Positions 63,811 through 64,000 of a DNA stretch of 64,000 bases are shown piece after piece. A model generated the notes under the pieces. It was not told where the DNA came from and did no database searches. It saw only the letters and a list, made by a program, of their open reading frames with translations. The DNA is from Eubacteriales bacterium (GTDB lineage: Bacteria; Bacillota; Clostridia; Oscillospirales; CAG-272). Location of the stretch: the NCBI GenBank assembly GCA_045597145.1, contig JAZODU010000069.1:8599-72598 (forward strand), read 5' to 3'. Position numbers and translations under genes: made by a program. Each line of letters opens with the position of its first letter. Position 1 is the first letter of the stretch.

Positions 63811-64000
63811 ATGACCTATCGGGAGCTTTGCTCACGGCTTGCCGCCGCTCAGATCGATTGCGCCGATTGGGACGCCGCGCGCCTGATCGGGCATTTTTGC
63901 GGCGCGGATCTGCTTTCCCTGCGCGCCGATCCCGATCGCGCGTACAACTCCGATGCGCTCGATGCCGCCGTTCTGAGACGCGAGGCTCGCGAGCCGCTCC
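63811..64000 (+). CDS. prmC: peptide chain release factor N5-glutamine methyltransferase, 5' partial
   Basis: GGAAGGAGGG RBS. MTYRELCSRLAAAQIDCADWDAARLI...LDAAVLRREAREPL matches the PrmC/HemK N-terminal domain. The gene runs off the window. Confidence 0.6.
   Translation, partial: MTYRELCSRLAAAQIDCADWDAARLIGHFCGADLLSLRADPDRAYNSDALDAAVLRREAREPL

Overview
This 64-kb chromosomal window comes from a GC-rich, spore-forming Clostridia-type Firmicute. Supporting genes are spoIIR, an alpha/beta SASP, ytvI, ricT/yaaT, CIRCE-groESL and recA-recX. I call about 60 protein genes, one tRNA-Pro(CGG), several sigma-A-type promoters, intrinsic terminators and a cluster of pseudogenes. Most of the window is housekeeping: sugar-acid catabolism, RNA/tRNA methyltransferases, holB-ricT, peptidases, recA, groESL, rbfA/nrnA.

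Five regions stand out.
1. An AT-rich island of about 7.6 kb (3767-11343) lies between glxK and the 3' end of rlmCD. It holds two restriction-modification modules: an m5C MTase with an MvaI/BcnI-like nuclease, and an XRE-controller, two paralogous m5C MTases and an HNH nuclease. It also holds a four-helix-bundle gene. It encodes no recombinase. It carries two extra copies of the last codons of rlmCD, five copies of a hairpin-containing repeat unit that bracket every cassette, a dyad array of eight YATATCGAR motifs, and a shared leader motif.
2. recA has a leader of about 335 nt enclosed by a 27/28-nt inverted repeat.
3. An untracked 46-aa SCIFF precursor sits with its radical-SAM maturase.
4. 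The tRNA-Pro locus has a duplicated tRNA 3' fragment followed by a stretch of decayed genes.
5. There is a five-gene ABC/GldG-like/DUF4340-like operon.

Many long ORFs in the track are antisense artefacts of the high GC content and are rejected. All product calls rest on motif recognition by eye. No BLAST, HMM or folding was run.
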